A DNA stretch of 64,000 nucleotides from an uncultured virus (IMG/VR IMGVR_UViG_2643221950_000001) (IMGVR_UViG_2643221950_000001:1-64000); one strand, 5' to 3'. Shown: positions 21,395 to 32,923, numbered from the stretch's first letter. Numbers and translations: made by a program. Notes: generated by a model from the sequence alone, not told the origin.

Positions 21395-22312
21395 TCATTC
21401 CATGTTTTGTAAGACTCTTCTTCTAATCTCTTCTTTTTCCTCAGCTGACAATCCTAGTATTACAGGGTCAACCACAGGACCAACCGCACAATGGCAGTTA
21501 ACCCGCTCTTTTGGCGTGAGTTGTGTATCTCTCGGAAACATGCACCGCTCTCCGCTGCCTGGTATCTCGAATTCCTCATCCAAAGGAATGATCGTGCCAT
21601 CCAGCTGCACATGACTTTCTCTGGACTGATTCTTTTTCCCGCCGCTGTGTTTCCACTTCTTCCCCGTTACCGCCGGGGATTGGACATAGGATTCATGTTG
21701 TGCTACGGAAGAAGCGGTCAACACTTCAGTTACAGCTGTCACACGTGCGCGCTTGCGGCTGAATTCAGGAAGGTCCTTCAGCTCCAGTTCAATTTCTTGT
21801 ATAGAGCGCCCCTCTTTGATGCCCTCTTTCAGCGTTTGCTCTATGGCTGTATGAGTATTCAGCTGCATCAGCTGCGCCAATTCCTGTGACCATGATTCAA
21901 TCCACTGTTCAGTTTTCTCAGAAAGCACCTTGAATGGAATATCTGCATCGATGGAATGCATGATCTTCTCAGCCAACTGTGTGACGGTGAGTGTTAGAAA
22001 GACAGCCGTTTCTTTTCCAAACAGCTCCGTAAATTCATCAGCTGCAAACAAGTCATTTTGAAAGAACGCTAGAATTGATTCTAACGTCTCCGAATCGTCC
22101 TTGGATATAAAACCATTCAGTTCATTCAAAAACGTCCTGCGTTGCAATCTGAGAAGTTTTGCGGTGGTTTTCTCATACTCTTCCACCAAAGAGGGAACGT
22201 CCTTCAGTTCAGGGAAATCAGCTACAGCTGCTTCTAGTTCTTCAACCTCATCCGATTCCGCTTTTTGCACAAAGGTATTGATGTTTTTTATCAGTTGATC
22301 AATCTTGCTCAT
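21395..22312 (-). CDS. yqbB: Minor head protein (SPP1 gp7 / Mu F-like)
   Basis: RA...A.TE, RESH..LDG, ERVNCHC motifs. Confidence 0.85.
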   Translation of the reverse strand: MSKIDQLIKNINTFVQKAESDEVEELEAAVADFPELKDVPSLVEEYEKTTAKLLRLQRRTFLNELNGFISKDDSETLESILAFFQNDLFAADEFTELFGKETAVFLTLTVTQLAEKIMHSIDADIPFKVLSEKTEQWIESWSQELAQLMQLNTHTAIEQTLKEGIKEGRSIQEIELELKDLPEFSRKRARVTAVTEVLTASSVAQHESYVQSPAVTGKKWKHSGGKKNQSRESHVQLDGTIIPLDEEFEIPGSGERCMFPRDTQLTPKERVNCHCAVGPVVDPVILGLSAEEKEEIRRRVLQNME

Positions 22313-23829
22313 TTGTGGATCTCCTCTAGTTCATCCCTAACATCTTTTAAGAGATGGATCAGATCTTCCTGGGAACCCGCAGATTTTTGAAGAACCGTAT
22401 CAAGCAAGCTAGTTGATACCTTTGGCTTAGCCTCAATTGGTCGGTGATATTCTTCCTCTGGCCATTCTTCAAGTGTCTTACCAAGAATACGCCCAGCCAG
22501 ATCACGCAGGTCGTTTGGCGAAACCGCTCCTGCTTGAATAAACGGCGTAAGAACCTTTGCGATTTCGAGCGGATCACGAAAGTCAGGACCATTCAAAATG
22601 AGCCGCACATGCCAGAGATCAAGATCAGGAAGAAAGAGTGTATTGAGCTTGCCTGTGATGATCATTCTTTCTGGCTGAAATACCTGTTCCTCTGTCGTCT
22701 TTCGAGCGGTGTCAGCTGTCGCCTTGTTATAATCCTGTGATTCGCCTGTGTAGATCGGCGGCAGACGGAAAGAAGAACGTATCTTGTTTCTCGTCTTCTC
22801 GTCGTATTCAAGGAACAGCGCATCCTCCTGAAGAATCTCGGCCAGTGATTTTATATTCACCTTCACATTAGCCGGCTCTTCATCGTTCGATAGCTCATCC
22901 TTCTTCGGAATCCCTTCCACTTCGAGCAACAGGAATTTATGTGCATTGTCTGATCCTTCGATGCCGTTCATGTATTCCTGCAGCTGTTCATATGACGATT
23001 CAGAAAGCATCCCATTTTCCACTGTGATGGCTGCCGGCACATGCCGCCCTTGTTTAAAGTACAGATAGTTCAGCTCTTCAGCTTTTCGCGCTCCGTACAT
23101 ATTGACGATGTTACCAATCCAACGGGGAACACCATATGTACCGCTACCAATCTTGAAGTGAATGACTTCGCTTGCTACAAGTTCAGGGGGAGTTTTTTCG
23201 CTATATTCTCCCGTAGCAGCGTTCATTGTCCTTGGATCGCCGTACTCCTTAAAGAAAACTTTTTTAGTGTTGACCTGTTGCACATACTTCCTGAATCTTT
23301 TCTTCCGTTGCAATGACTTCACTTGTCCGCTTTCTGTGTATCGGAATTCGACATCAACAGGATCACTCAGCTTACAAACTCGTAAGTATTGTGCATCCAG
23401 ATATTCAATACCTGCAGGTTTCCCTGTACCTTCTCGCAGCACTTCGACAAATCCATTACCTGTTTTCTCTCGGTCTTCTATCACATAACCAAGGACCACT
23501 TCGGCTGACTCATCATAGTTCATATATCTGGCAAACTCTTCAAGCCTTGTCCATTCCTTCTCGGCTGTCTTCTTTTTGACCGGTTTTACATCTTCCGCAT
23601 TAAAATCAAAGGCGTATTCTACCCCAAAGCCAAAGCCTAGAATATTTGTTTTATATGCATCTATACATTGTTGAAGAATGGTAGAATACTCGGCCATTTG
23701 TTTGAGCTCTTTGATATTGTATGGCGGCTCGATCACATCATCAGCATCGTAATTAAATCCATCATCATAAATCTGCTTAGTGGTTTCAGACACATTGGCC
23801 TTCATCACTGTTGCTCTGACCGTTTTCAT
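22309..23829 (-). CDS. xkdE: Portal protein, PBSX family
   Basis: YGVPRW, YFKQGRH, FRLPP motifs. Confidence 0.92.
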   Translation of the reverse strand: MKTVRATVMKANVSETTKQIYDDGFNYDADDVIEPPYNIKELKQMAEYSTILQQCIDAYKTNILGFGFGVEYAFDFNAEDVKPVKKKTAEKEWTRLEEFARYMNYDESAEVVLGYVIEDREKTGNGFVEVLREGTGKPAGIEYLDAQYLRVCKLSDPVDVEFRYTESGQVKSLQRKKRFRKYVQQVNTKKVFFKEYGDPRTMNAATGEYSEKTPPELVASEVIHFKIGSGTYGVPRWIGNIVNMYGARKAEELNYLYFKQGRHVPAAITVENGMLSESSYEQLQEYMNGIEGSDNAHKFLLLEVEGIPKKDELSNDEEPANVKVNIKSLAEILQEDALFLEYDEKTRNKIRSSFRLPPIYTGESQDYNKATADTARKTTEEQVFQPERMIITGKLNTLFLPDLDLWHVRLILNGPDFRDPLEIAKVLTPFIQAGAVSPNDLRDLAGRILGKTLEEWPEEEYHRPIEAKPKVSTSLLDTVLQKSAGSQEDLIHLLKDVRDELEEIHK

Positions 23830-25139
23830 CAGCGTGACCTCCTTTCTCTGTTCGGGCGTGTCCGCTCTTTTGGTTTCTCTTTCAGGTCCGTTACCTCATA
23901 GTCATCAAGCGCATACCAGATGGCCGACAACGTATGGGGATCAATCTTAAACTCGTCTTCTATGATGTTACCGTTTTTATCAGTCTTGTAAGTAAGCGGC
24001 TGAAGCTCATAGATTGTGTTTTTGCATGCATCTGAACAGATGATCTTCTTGAACCGCTTGATCTTCTTGGTGTACTGCAAGCGTGATCCTTGAAACTTAT
24101 GAGCGGCCACCATGTTGTATCCCATCTTCCTGAAGTATGCGATTGTTTTCGGTTCAGCTGCATCTGCTTTGATCAGCTCTTTTGTTTTGGCAAATTCGAT
24201 GAGCTCTTGTACAGTTTCATCATCGGTTGTGCCCTTTTGATAATACTCCCAATAGATGTATAGATATTTCTTCTCGTGATCGACAGCCAGTCGAATCAAA
24301 GCGTTATATGACTCTACGAAACCAAAGTCCATGCCCGCTCTAAGTAAAGGCCGATTTATATTTGAGATGGCCAGCATCACATCTTCATGCGGCTGCACCT
24401 CGAATTGTGGCAGCACACGAATTCCATTTATGCCAAAATGACCTTTTCTCGCAATTCGATAAAGGTCGGGATCATATTCTTTCAGTTCATCCAGCTGCTT
24501 AATATAGCTGACCGGAAGGAATAAGTTGTCTTCAGCTGTAGAATGATGATAGTACGTATCGTTGATAGCGATCGTTCGCTCTTTATATAACCTTTCATCA
24601 TCCAGGATAAATCGGTTGTTTTGATCATCCTTAAAGAAATGTCTGTACGTCCAATTATCCTGACCGACAGGGTTCGTTGATAAGATCATGTGCAGCTGCA
24701 ACGTTGGATGACGCAAACGACCAAGCAGCTCCTTGAATCCCTCGTACTTAACCTCAGAACACTCTTCAATCCAAATGATTGAGATGTTGTTGATCGACTT
24801 CAATTTGGTTGGCTTGTCAAGACCTTTGAAAATGATCCGGCTCCCGTTATGGAATTTAAGCATGAGCGGTGAAGTCCGGCATTGAATGACATGATCAAGT
24901 CCAAGATCATTCACGATCTCTTCAAACAGCGAAAAGGTTGAATCCCTGTGTGTGTCATAGACTTCACGAATCACAAGAGCGGTTCGCTTTTCATCTAGTA
25001 ACTTCAGAATGAGCTTCAGGGCAATGTGATAACTCTTAGATGATCCATAACCGCCCACCAAGAATTGAAACTTCTGATCCCAATCAAAGAGAAAATCTTC
25101 AAAGTGTGGATTGACTTCCTTCTCCATCATTTGAACCAT
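23829..25139 (-). CDS. xtmB: Terminase large subunit, PBSX family
   Basis: Walker [20 protein letters not shown] nuclease motif. Confidence 0.95.
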   Translation of the reverse strand: MVQMMEKEVNPHFEDFLFDWDQKFQFLVGGYGSSKSYHIALKLILKLLDEKRTALVIREVYDTHRDSTFSLFEEIVNDLGLDHVIQCRTSPLMLKFHNGSRIIFKGLDKPTKLKSINNISIIWIEECSEVKYEGFKELLGRLRHPTLQLHMILSTNPVGQDNWTYRHFFKDDQNNRFILDDERLYKERTIAINDTYYHHSTAEDNLFLPVSYIKQLDELKEYDPDLYRIARKGHFGINGIRVLPQFEVQPHEDVMLAISNINRPLLRAGMDFGFVESYNALIRLAVDHEKKYLYIYWEYYQKGTTDDETVQELIEFAKTKELIKADAAEPKTIAYFRKMGYNMVAAHKFQGSRLQYTKKIKRFKKIICSDACKNTIYELQPLTYKTDKNGNIIEDEFKIDPHTLSAIWYALDDYEVTDLKEKPKERTRPNRERRSR

Positions 25140-26023
25140 CAGCCATCACCTTTTTTCTTTGCTCTCTTTATAGTAATTTGAACCGAATCATCGACAGGTC
25201 GAGCGGTGATCCGCTCCAGCTCTGCCTCTCTCGTTCTGTTTGCAAGATCAAGACCTCTGAGTCTCAATTCATGCTCTGACATAGTTTTCATAATTTCGTG
25301 TTTCTGCCTAATGGCTTTAAGACGTTTGTCTGTTACTCGCGTCAATGCTTCCTCTATTTCAAGGATGCGGTCAATCACAGGTAATTGAGTTTCTTCCACC
25401 TCAGTGACTACAAGACGTTCATTGATGATTGGAACGTATTTGACAACACCATTCTCACTTGTCGAAGGTGCGACATCTTTTGTTTTTCTAAGTTGCTGAA
25501 GAACACGTCGCTGATTATCGGTTAAACCATTTTCATACTTCATGATTCTATGCATCATACGCCGCTCTCGAATACTAAGCTCACGTATGGTCAATTCAAT
25601 TTGATAGAGCGGATCGGTCTCAATCTGCTCAAAGAGCTCTTTTTCTGTGTCGTCCATATAATCGAACATGATAGATTCATATTCACCTGTCCGCACAGAA
25701 TTTCTGTTCCCTTTTGGAGCACCACCAGTATTCCCTTTTGCATTTTGGTTACCTGGTGGCGCTTTACCACCTTTATTCCCTTTGGCGTTTTTACTCCCTT
25801 TGGGAGCCCCAGGGCGTTTAGTAACGTTACCATTGGTTTTCTCTTTGGGTTTAGTAACTTTACCATTCAATTTCTCATCCCAAGAGTCTTGGTTCTTCCA
25901 TTTGCGGATGAGCGATTGTGAACACTCTAATTCTTCAGCAATGTCTTTCAGCAAACGGGTTCCGTTGCTTTCTTTCCACAATTGGAACGCCTGATCTCTT
26001 TTGGGATTTCGCGGTCTAGCCAT
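25139..26023 (-). CDS. Terminase small subunit
   Basis: N-terminal HTH (IRKWK..DSW) and GAP.GN.NA repeats. Confidence 0.87.
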   Translation of the reverse strand: MARPRNPKRDQAFQLWKESNGTRLLKDIAEELECSQSLIRKWKNQDSWDEKLNGKVTKPKEKTNGNVTKRPGAPKGSKNAKGNKGGKAPPGNQNAKGNTGGAPKGNRNSVRTGEYESIMFDYMDDTEKELFEQIETDPLYQIELTIRELSIRERRMMHRIMKYENGLTDNQRRVLQQLRKTKDVAPSTSENGVVKYVPIINERLVVTEVEETQLPVIDRILEIEEALTRVTDKRLKAIRQKHEIMKTMSEHELRLRGLDLANRTREAELERITARPVDDSVQITIKRAKKKGDG

Positions 26024-26069
26024 TACATATCACCCACCTCCGAACTGCTTAATTAAGTTTGAGTTGTTT

Positions 26070-26318
26070 TCAAATTTCATCGTTCTTGAGTAAATACATT
26101 TCTAACTCAATGAGTTTTTTCAGATCTTCCACAGTAGTCAATTTGATGTTTCCTGCTTTGAAATCTCTGACCCATTGTGCAATACCTGCCTGCGTGATCT
26201 TTCTTAAATTCGCAGTGGCTTTCTCTATATCCTCAGCTTGTTCAGCCTGTAATAAAAGCAGCATTTCTTCTCTTTCTTCATCATAACGAGAACAAATGTT
26301 CTTATTTTCTCTTGTCAT
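26070..26318 (-). CDS. Hypothetical phage protein, 82 aa
   Basis: ORF with GGAGG/GGGAG RBS, directly upstream of terS. Confidence 0.7.
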   Translation of the reverse strand: MTRENKNICSRYDEEREEMLLLLQAEQAEDIEKATANLRKITQAGIAQWVRDFKAGNIKLTTVEDLKKLIELEMYLLKNDEI

Positions 26319-26346
26319 ACTCCCTGTCCTCCATTACAATATGGTT

Positions 26347-26457
26347 TGAGAGCGTGATATTTTCCCACAAACGCGGCCGCGTCTTGATCACGCTCTTAGG
26401 CAGGGAGCTTCTTTCTGTCTTTGAAGGGAGGGTGTTGTCAGCACCCTCTTTTTTTAT
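26347..26457 (+). ncRNA. Putative antisense sRNA, about 110 nt
   Basis: TTGTCA-17-TACAAT promoter (26312-26340); two hairpins; GAGGGTG...CACCCTC plus T-run terminator. Confidence 0.65.
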
Positions 26458-27744
26458 TTACAACGAGTCAACAAGCTCTGGAGTGATACCTGTGAATTCC
26501 GTGAATCGCTTTTTAATAACGTCACAGAAGTACGGATCAAGCTCTAATAAAAAAGCTTCTCTATCTGTTTGCTCACATGTCATAAGAGTTGACCCGCTTC
26601 CCCCAAAGAAATCCACCACTTTATCACCTTTTTTACTGCTATTACTCAATGGGATATTTATTAGCTCAAGTGGTTTTTGAGTTGGGTGTACATACTTTGA
26701 TGTGTCACCACGCGAAACCTCCCACACAGTTGCAGGACCAGTTTCTTCTGTCAAATCCGTTCTCCAAACTGTAGTTTGTTTTCTATCCCCGTACCAATTA
26801 GGGGAATAACCTCTTTTAAATGCGTAGAAAACAGGTTCATGCATATATCGGTATTGTGCCCAACCAAATGTCGGTGAATTTTTCACCCAAACGCATTGTG
26901 ATCTTATATCAATAGCAGCATTACGCATTTCATTTTCAAAAGCACGTTGATATGATGCAGCATGAAAAATATAGATAGCCGCCTTATCATCCATGATCCT
27001 TGAATAATTAAGAAAAATCTCTCTTAAAAATGAATCAAATTGATCATCATTCATCGAATCATTTAAGATCGATGCATGGCCATCATCTTTCAACTTCTTG
27101 CTATCACTTTTAACAGCCACATTATAAGGTGGATCAGTAATAACTAGATCGGCTTTATATCCCGACATTAGACGATCAACGTCAGCCGCTTTTGTGGCAT
27201 CACCGCATACTAAGGTGTGGCGGCCAAGCCGCCACACATCTCCATACTTTGTTTCAGGCTCACTGATTTGTGATAGAGCTTCAGAAACATCAAAGTCATC
27301 ATCTTCTACAACTGTATTTCCGTTGTCTACAGACAGGTTTTCTAGCAGCTCCTCATATTCTTCTTGAGAATACCCAATGATGTTTGTATCAAAATTGTTT
27401 TCCTTCAGCTCTGATAAAAGAGCCTCCAGTTTTTCCTCATCCCAATCGCCTTCAATTTTGTTTAATGCAATATTGAGCGCCTTTTCTTCTTTTTCGTTCA
27501 AAGAAACCACAGACACTTTGATTTCAGTTGGGTTCGATTCTAATAAAATTTTGAACCTTTGATGTCCACCTACTAAATTACCTGTCTTCTCGTTCCAGAT
27601 AAGCGGATCAATATATCCGAAATGCTCTATCGACGCTTTCAATTCTTCGTATGCTTTGTCACCTGGTTTCAGATCAACACGTGGATGATAGGCAGCGGGA
27701 TTTATTTGGCTGACGGGTATATCTTTTATGATCAATTGAAACAC
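26458..27744 (-). CDS. ParB-like domain fused to a beta-class N6A/N4C DNA methyltransferase
   Basis: N-terminal GGHQR; DPPY precedes HPTQKP and DFFGGSGST. Confidence 0.9.
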   Translation of the reverse strand: MFQLIIKDIPVSQINPAAYHPRVDLKPGDKAYEELKASIEHFGYIDPLIWNEKTGNLVGGHQRFKILLESNPTEIKVSVVSLNEKEEKALNIALNKIEGDWDEEKLEALLSELKENNFDTNIIGYSQEEYEELLENLSVDNGNTVVEDDDFDVSEALSQISEPETKYGDVWRLGRHTLVCGDATKAADVDRLMSGYKADLVITDPPYNVAVKSDSKKLKDDGHASILNDSMNDDQFDSFLREIFLNYSRIMDDKAAIYIFHAASYQRAFENEMRNAAIDIRSQCVWVKNSPTFGWAQYRYMHEPVFYAFKRGYSPNWYGDRKQTTVWRTDLTEETGPATVWEVSRGDTSKYVHPTQKPLELINIPLSNSSKKGDKVVDFFGGSGSTLMTCEQTDREAFLLELDPYFCDVIKKRFTEFTGITPELVDSL

Positions 27745-27766
27745 CTCTTGTATGATTTCATGTTGT

Positions 27767-28789
27767 TTACTTAAACCATTGCAAATGTATCTGTTCTGCG
27801 ATCCGTTTCATCATTACTGGAGGAACGCTCATACCGCATACATACTGCGTTGATGCATCCATAAAGTCATAATCCAACGGAAAAGATTGCATCAAAATAA
27901 TATCCCTTTTTGAGATGTAATATGGTTCGTCATATCTAATAAAGACAGAACCGCTCGCTAGTGTTGGCGGAACTAAACTGTTTTTAACTAATACTGTATT
28001 GAAATTCCGCTCTTTACCTTCTGTTCGTTTAGTTATGTCTCCAATGTTGCCGTCAGATGGCTGCCGCTTAATCCATCTTTTATACGTTTTACTCGATTCA
28101 TTCAGCCTTGACCCATGTCCACTTCTAAACTCTCCATATGTGATTGGTGGTTCATTGAAAGCCAATTTCAGTGGTGGTAAGTTCAAGTCCTTTCGGCGGC
28201 CAATGAAAAAGACCCGCTCTCTTCTCTGCGGGACTCCCATTGTGGCAGCGTTCAGCAAGAACAGCTGAACGTCATACCCTATTTCTTTTGCACGCTCTAT
28301 GACAAGTTTCACATACCCTTTAGCTTTTCCTTTGATCATGCCGCTTACGTTCTCAGCTACAAAGGTTTTAGGTTTCAAACGTTCCACAGCATCTAGGTAA
28401 TGAAAGAACAAATCGTCTAGTTTTTGGACAGCTTGGCCCTCTCTGAACGCCTTTTCTCTTCCCCAATCCTCTTCTCTTTTTCCGGCTGTTGAAAACACGC
28501 TGCATGGCGGCGATCCGTCAAACACATCAAGATTCATGAGTTCTTCAGGAAGATCGGAGAGCGGGATCTGATTAAACTCTCTAATGTCCATGAGATAAGG
28601 ATATTTCGGCTTGTGATTCTTTTTATAGATTTTCATCATTTGCGGATCGATCTCGCAGTTTCCCAGCAACTCAAACCCTGCTAATTTGTAGCCCATAGAT
28701 GAGCCACCACCGCATGAGAATGTACTGAACACTTTCAACCCATTGGAAGGGATGTTTTTAAGATCACTCAATTTCCATCTATAGTTCAT
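27767..28789 (-). CDS. Orphan C5-cytosine DNA methyltransferase
   Basis: FSCGGG, GSPPC, ENV, PQRRER motifs; no adjacent restriction endonuclease. Confidence 0.93.
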   Translation of the reverse strand: MNYRWKLSDLKNIPSNGLKVFSTFSCGGGSSMGYKLAGFELLGNCEIDPQMMKIYKKNHKPKYPYLMDIREFNQIPLSDLPEELMNLDVFDGSPPCSVFSTAGKREEDWGREKAFREGQAVQKLDDLFFHYLDAVERLKPKTFVAENVSGMIKGKAKGYVKLVIERAKEIGYDVQLFLLNAATMGVPQRRERVFFIGRRKDLNLPPLKLAFNEPPITYGEFRSGHGSRLNESSKTYKRWIKRQPSDGNIGDITKRTEGKERNFNTVLVKNSLVPPTLASGSVFIRYDEPYYISKRDIILMQSFPLDYDFMDASTQYVCGMSVPPVMMKRIAEQIHLQWFK

Positions 28790-28797
28790 GTCGTCAC

Positions 28798-29316
28798 CTA
28801 CTCATTGTATGCAAAACCGCATTTAGGACACGTATGTTCAAATTGATCGTCTCCAAAGTCATCTAAATCAATTTCTTTACTTTCAGATACAGTTCCACCT
28901 TGCCCTGTATGCTCCAGTTGCTGCAATATGTCCTCTAGTTCTGTATCACTGAATCCTGTTGCACTTAAATCATATCCTGATTTCTCTAGTTCCTTAATTA
29001 GCTCAGTGAGTTTGTATTCATCCCAATCACCATCTATCTTATTAAGGGCAATATTCAAAGCTTTTTCGTCTTGTTCATTAAGCGATACAACTGATACAAG
29101 AATTTCACTTGGATTGTCCTCCATCAATACCTTGAAACGTTGATGACCTCCTACAAGATGGCCAGTCCGTTCATTCCATACTAAGGGATCAATGTATCCA
29201 AATTTTTTTATTGAGTTTTTCAGAGAGTCGTATTCAGGATCTCCTGGTTGCAGATCAATTCGGGGGTTATATGGTGATGGGTTAATTTTATGTACGGGAA
29301 TTGTTTTGATGTTCAT
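28798..29316 (-). CDS. ParB/Srx N-terminal-domain protein with C-terminal CPKCG motif
   Basis: YNPR...GGHQR...ALNIALNKI; paralogous to the N-terminus of 26458..27744. Confidence 0.85.
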   Translation of the reverse strand: MNIKTIPVHKINPSPYNPRIDLQPGDPEYDSLKNSIKKFGYIDPLVWNERTGHLVGGHQRFKVLMEDNPSEILVSVVSLNEQDEKALNIALNKIDGDWDEYKLTELIKELEKSGYDLSATGFSDTELEDILQQLEHTGQGGTVSESKEIDLDDFGDDQFEHTCPKCGFAYNE

Positions 29317-29329
29317 CGCTGTTTCCTCC

Positions 29330-29366
29330 TATAAAAACAAATGATGCCGCCCTGAAGGCGGCATCA
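29330..29366 (-). terminator. Intrinsic terminator inside the late region
   Basis: Perfect TGATGCCGCC/GGCGGCATCA stem followed by TTTGTTTTT on the minus strand. Confidence 0.7.
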
Positions 29367-29371
29367 ACTGC

Positions 29372-29725
29372 TTACTTGATGTAAAATTCGCTAGTGTGGA
29401 ATGTTCCAAGGGTTGCAACATGATTGCCCTTTTTGTCATAGCGTTCTACGTCCACTCTGAATCGATAAGTGCCTTTCTTGTTACCGAATGATTCTTTGAT
29501 GTCAAATTGGTCATAAAGTTTTTCACCTGGGTTAAGCGGGTTCGGGGAATTTGTTTTAATTGTCTCCCACTTCCCATTAACCTTTCTTTGTGGAATAAGG
29601 TTGGGACCAGCACTAAAGTCGTTGTGGTTTTGCACCGCAATTCGTACGACCTTATCCTCTCCAATTTTGTGATTAGCTTTTGTCGGGTTCGCCGACACTC
29701 CAAATCCTGATGCCATGCTCATCAT
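29372..29725 (-). CDS. Hypothetical beta-rich (Ig-like?) protein without signal peptide
   Basis: GGGAG RBS; resembles the mature part of 32920..33330. Confidence 0.7.
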   Translation of the reverse strand: MMSMASGFGVSANPTKANHKIGEDKVVRIAVQNHNDFSAGPNLIPQRKVNGKWETIKTNSPNPLNPGEKLYDQFDIKESFGNKKGTYRFRVDVERYDKKGNHVATLGTFHTSEFYIK

Positions 29726-29806
29726 CTCCCTTTTTTATTTTTGCGCTCCTATCCCTCACCAAAGCACGTGCAGCCATACACCCAAAAGACGACTGTTCCC
29801 ATTAGG

Positions 29807-29986
29807 TTATCGTTTCCTCCGGATACGGCCCCCTTGTCTTTGATACGTTTCGCGTCTCGTTCCCATGATTTCTTCCCAATCTCGCTTTGTTATCGGATCA
29901 GCATCGCTCTTCTTACTATTAGAACCAGGAGCAATGCTTTTAAATTGCTTTAATGTCTCTTTAGAAACAGAATCCCTGATCTTCAT
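29807..29986 (-). CDS. Small basic hypothetical protein
   Basis: ATG after AAGGAG; DWEEIMG..R.TY.R..G.IR motif. Confidence 0.6.
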   Translation of the reverse strand: MKIRDSVSKETLKQFKSIAPGSNSKKSDADPITKRDWEEIMGTRRETYQRQGGRIRRKR

Positions 29987-30346
29987 TTCACTCGCTCCTT
30001 GCCGAATAAGCACCACCTTACGCTATTCGCTTAAATAGATTTTGATTTTGCAATGATGACTACACTCCGAGAGGATGCCAAGTACAGTCAATCATCAATT
30101 AAAATGAAAAACTGTCCTCGATACGGCTGCCGCAGACCAGCTGCTATCCAGGCTCAGAATGTCCCTCTCGTATGGCCACATTCCTCAACACCTTTGTTCC
30201 GTATCCAGATACGCCATTGATAAGGGAAAGGCGCGTCTCCCAATAAAAAAAGCGGACACCAATCAAGGCACTTAGAGTGCTCAATGATCAGCGTCCGCAG
30301 GTTCTTCCTTCTGGACAAAATATTCACGTTCGTTTTGCTTGTCTCT

Positions 30347-30410
30347 ATCATACGATGATCCACTTAGGAAAAAAGGTCCCCTTTTTATCCCCCTTTTTGT
30401 CGGTTTTTTC
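30347..30410 (-). promoter_or_regulatory. Putative activator-dependent late promoter
   Basis: -10 TATGAT without a good -35; upstream direct repeats AAAAACCGAC / AAAAAGGGGGAT / AAAAAGGGGAC. Confidence 0.55.
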
Positions 30411-30500
30411 AAAAGATATTTAAGTACCAAAAAGCCCTTACATATTTCTCCTTATCTAATATTATGTCATGATTACAATTTTTTTTAGGAGTGTGTTCAA

Positions 30501-31628
<1,128 letters not shown>

Positions 31629-31661
31629 TATTAAAGAATTGGCAAAGGCATGTGAGTAAAT

Positions 31662-32006
31662 ATGGCTAGAAACTGCGGATGCGGAAGAAGAGTTTATAAA
31701 GAAGGAGATTTCATTGTTAAAACGAGCTGCCCTGAAATCACTTTAGAAATTATCCAAAAGGAAGATTTGTGTTTTCAAGTTAAAGGAAAAGTATCATGCA
31801 ATACACTTCCTTTACAACATGTGAATGTAAATTTATCAAGTTCATCTGAAAGTATTTTAAAACCTCAAATATCTACTACTGATAAAGATGGAGGATTTTC
31901 ATCAGAATTAAATTTATTAGAGAATTCAGCCAAGGAAGTTGAAGTTACAGCAACTGTGATATCTAATAAATCACCTGTAAAAAAGTCAATAACAATCAAC
32001 TTTTAG
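31662..32006 (+). CDS. Hypothetical protein with Cys-containing N-terminus and Ig-like body; partner of the collagen-like gene
   Basis: MARNCGCGRR; TTDKDG.FS motif; co-oriented. Confidence 0.7.
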   Translation: MARNCGCGRRVYKEGDFIVKTSCPEITLEIIQKEDLCFQVKGKVSCNTLPLQHVNVNLSSSSESILKPQISTTDKDGGFSSELNLLENSAKEVEVTATVISNKSPVKKSITINF

Positions 32007-32056
32007 TTTTAAAACTTTTTCTAAAGATTAATAAAAGATACACTAAGATTTCTTAC

Positions 32057-32097
32057 AAAGAGAGGGGTTAATTTCACACTACCCCTACTCTTTTTCT
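32057..32097. terminator. Bidirectional terminator between the moron pair and arpU
   Basis: AAAGAGAGGGGT...ACCCCTACTCTTTT. Confidence 0.55.
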
Positions 32098-32120
32098 TAA
32101 AGACTTTACTCTTGCAGTAA

Positions 32121-32504
32121 TTAAATGATTCCAAGCGCTGTCGAAAGGTTAAACGTCGCTTGCTTTTTCAATTTGTAATACCGGTCCTTCTTCAGCCCCA
32201 ACTCTTCACATACCTCTAAATCTTTTACGAATCGTGATGAGAGATACTTCATGCGGATGATGTCTTGCTCAATTTCATCTAGGCTGTTTTCTAGCGCTCT
32301 TTCTATCTGTCGAACCTTCAGTTCATTTAAAACTTCCTGGTTCCTGAGAGAAGGAAAAAGGCCTGTTGCGCCGTTTGCCTGCTGTTCCTTTCTGTTTTCC
32401 TCCTTCACCTTAAGGGCCCTATAGACCTTCAGCTCCTTGATTAGAGCATTTCTTACTTGTTTCTCATCGATACCTGGCAGTAGACACAATTGTTCAGCTC
32501 CCAT
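32121..32504 (-). CDS. ArpU-family late transcriptional regulator
   Basis: IE.AL..SLD..E..II..KYL...K..YY..K..A...L..ALGII. Confidence 0.88.
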   Translation of the reverse strand: MGAEQLCLLPGIDEKQVRNALIKELKVYRALKVKEENRKEQQANGATGLFPSLRNQEVLNELKVRQIERALENSLDEIEQDIIRMKYLSSRFVKDLEVCEELGLKKDRYYKLKKQATFNLSTALGII

Positions 32505-32578
32505 GTTTCTCACCCTCCTTCTATAAACAATGAAAGACATAGACCAAGGCAATTTTGCACCGATCTATGTCGTATGAT

Positions 32579-32923
32579 TTATTCTTCTAATTGCTGAAAA
32601 GCTGATTCAATCTTTTCAAGAATCCCTTTTTCGATTTCAGTTAGCTTATGGCCGTGCATTTTTGTGTGTAGAATGTTGTCCTTGATAGCAACAAGTTCTG
32701 ATCTATCAAATTTGAAAAATCCTTTAAAGCAGTCAGGAAGAATATCTATTTCCACTTCGTCTCCAAAAACGTCTTCATGCAAGAAGAGAAACCATGTATC
32801 TTCGTGATGATGCTCCCCTCGTTCCAAAATGTCTTCTTTTGTTTCCGCGACTGTTTGGAGCAGAAAGCCGCTCTCGTTGATTAGTTTAGTTTCATCTGAT
32901 AGGTTTGATAATTTAATTGTCAT
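32579..32923 (-). CDS. Hypothetical phage protein
   Basis: ATG after GAGGTG overlaps the upstream stop. Confidence 0.65.
   Translation of the reverse strand: MTIKLSNLSDETKLINESGFLLQTVAETKEDILERGEHHHEDTWFLFLHEDVFGDEVEIDILPDCFKGFFKFDRSELVAIKDNILHTKMHGHKLTEIEKGILEKIESAFQQLEE

Noticed and set aside
30001..30110. Pistol-ribozyme-like TTAAATAG after a hairpin
   Set aside because: Loop size and pseudoknot complement do not fit; no hammerhead core was seen nearby either
30154..30363. 69-aa minus-strand ORF
   Set aside because: No RBS; overlaps the promoter and terminator; better read as a non-coding leader
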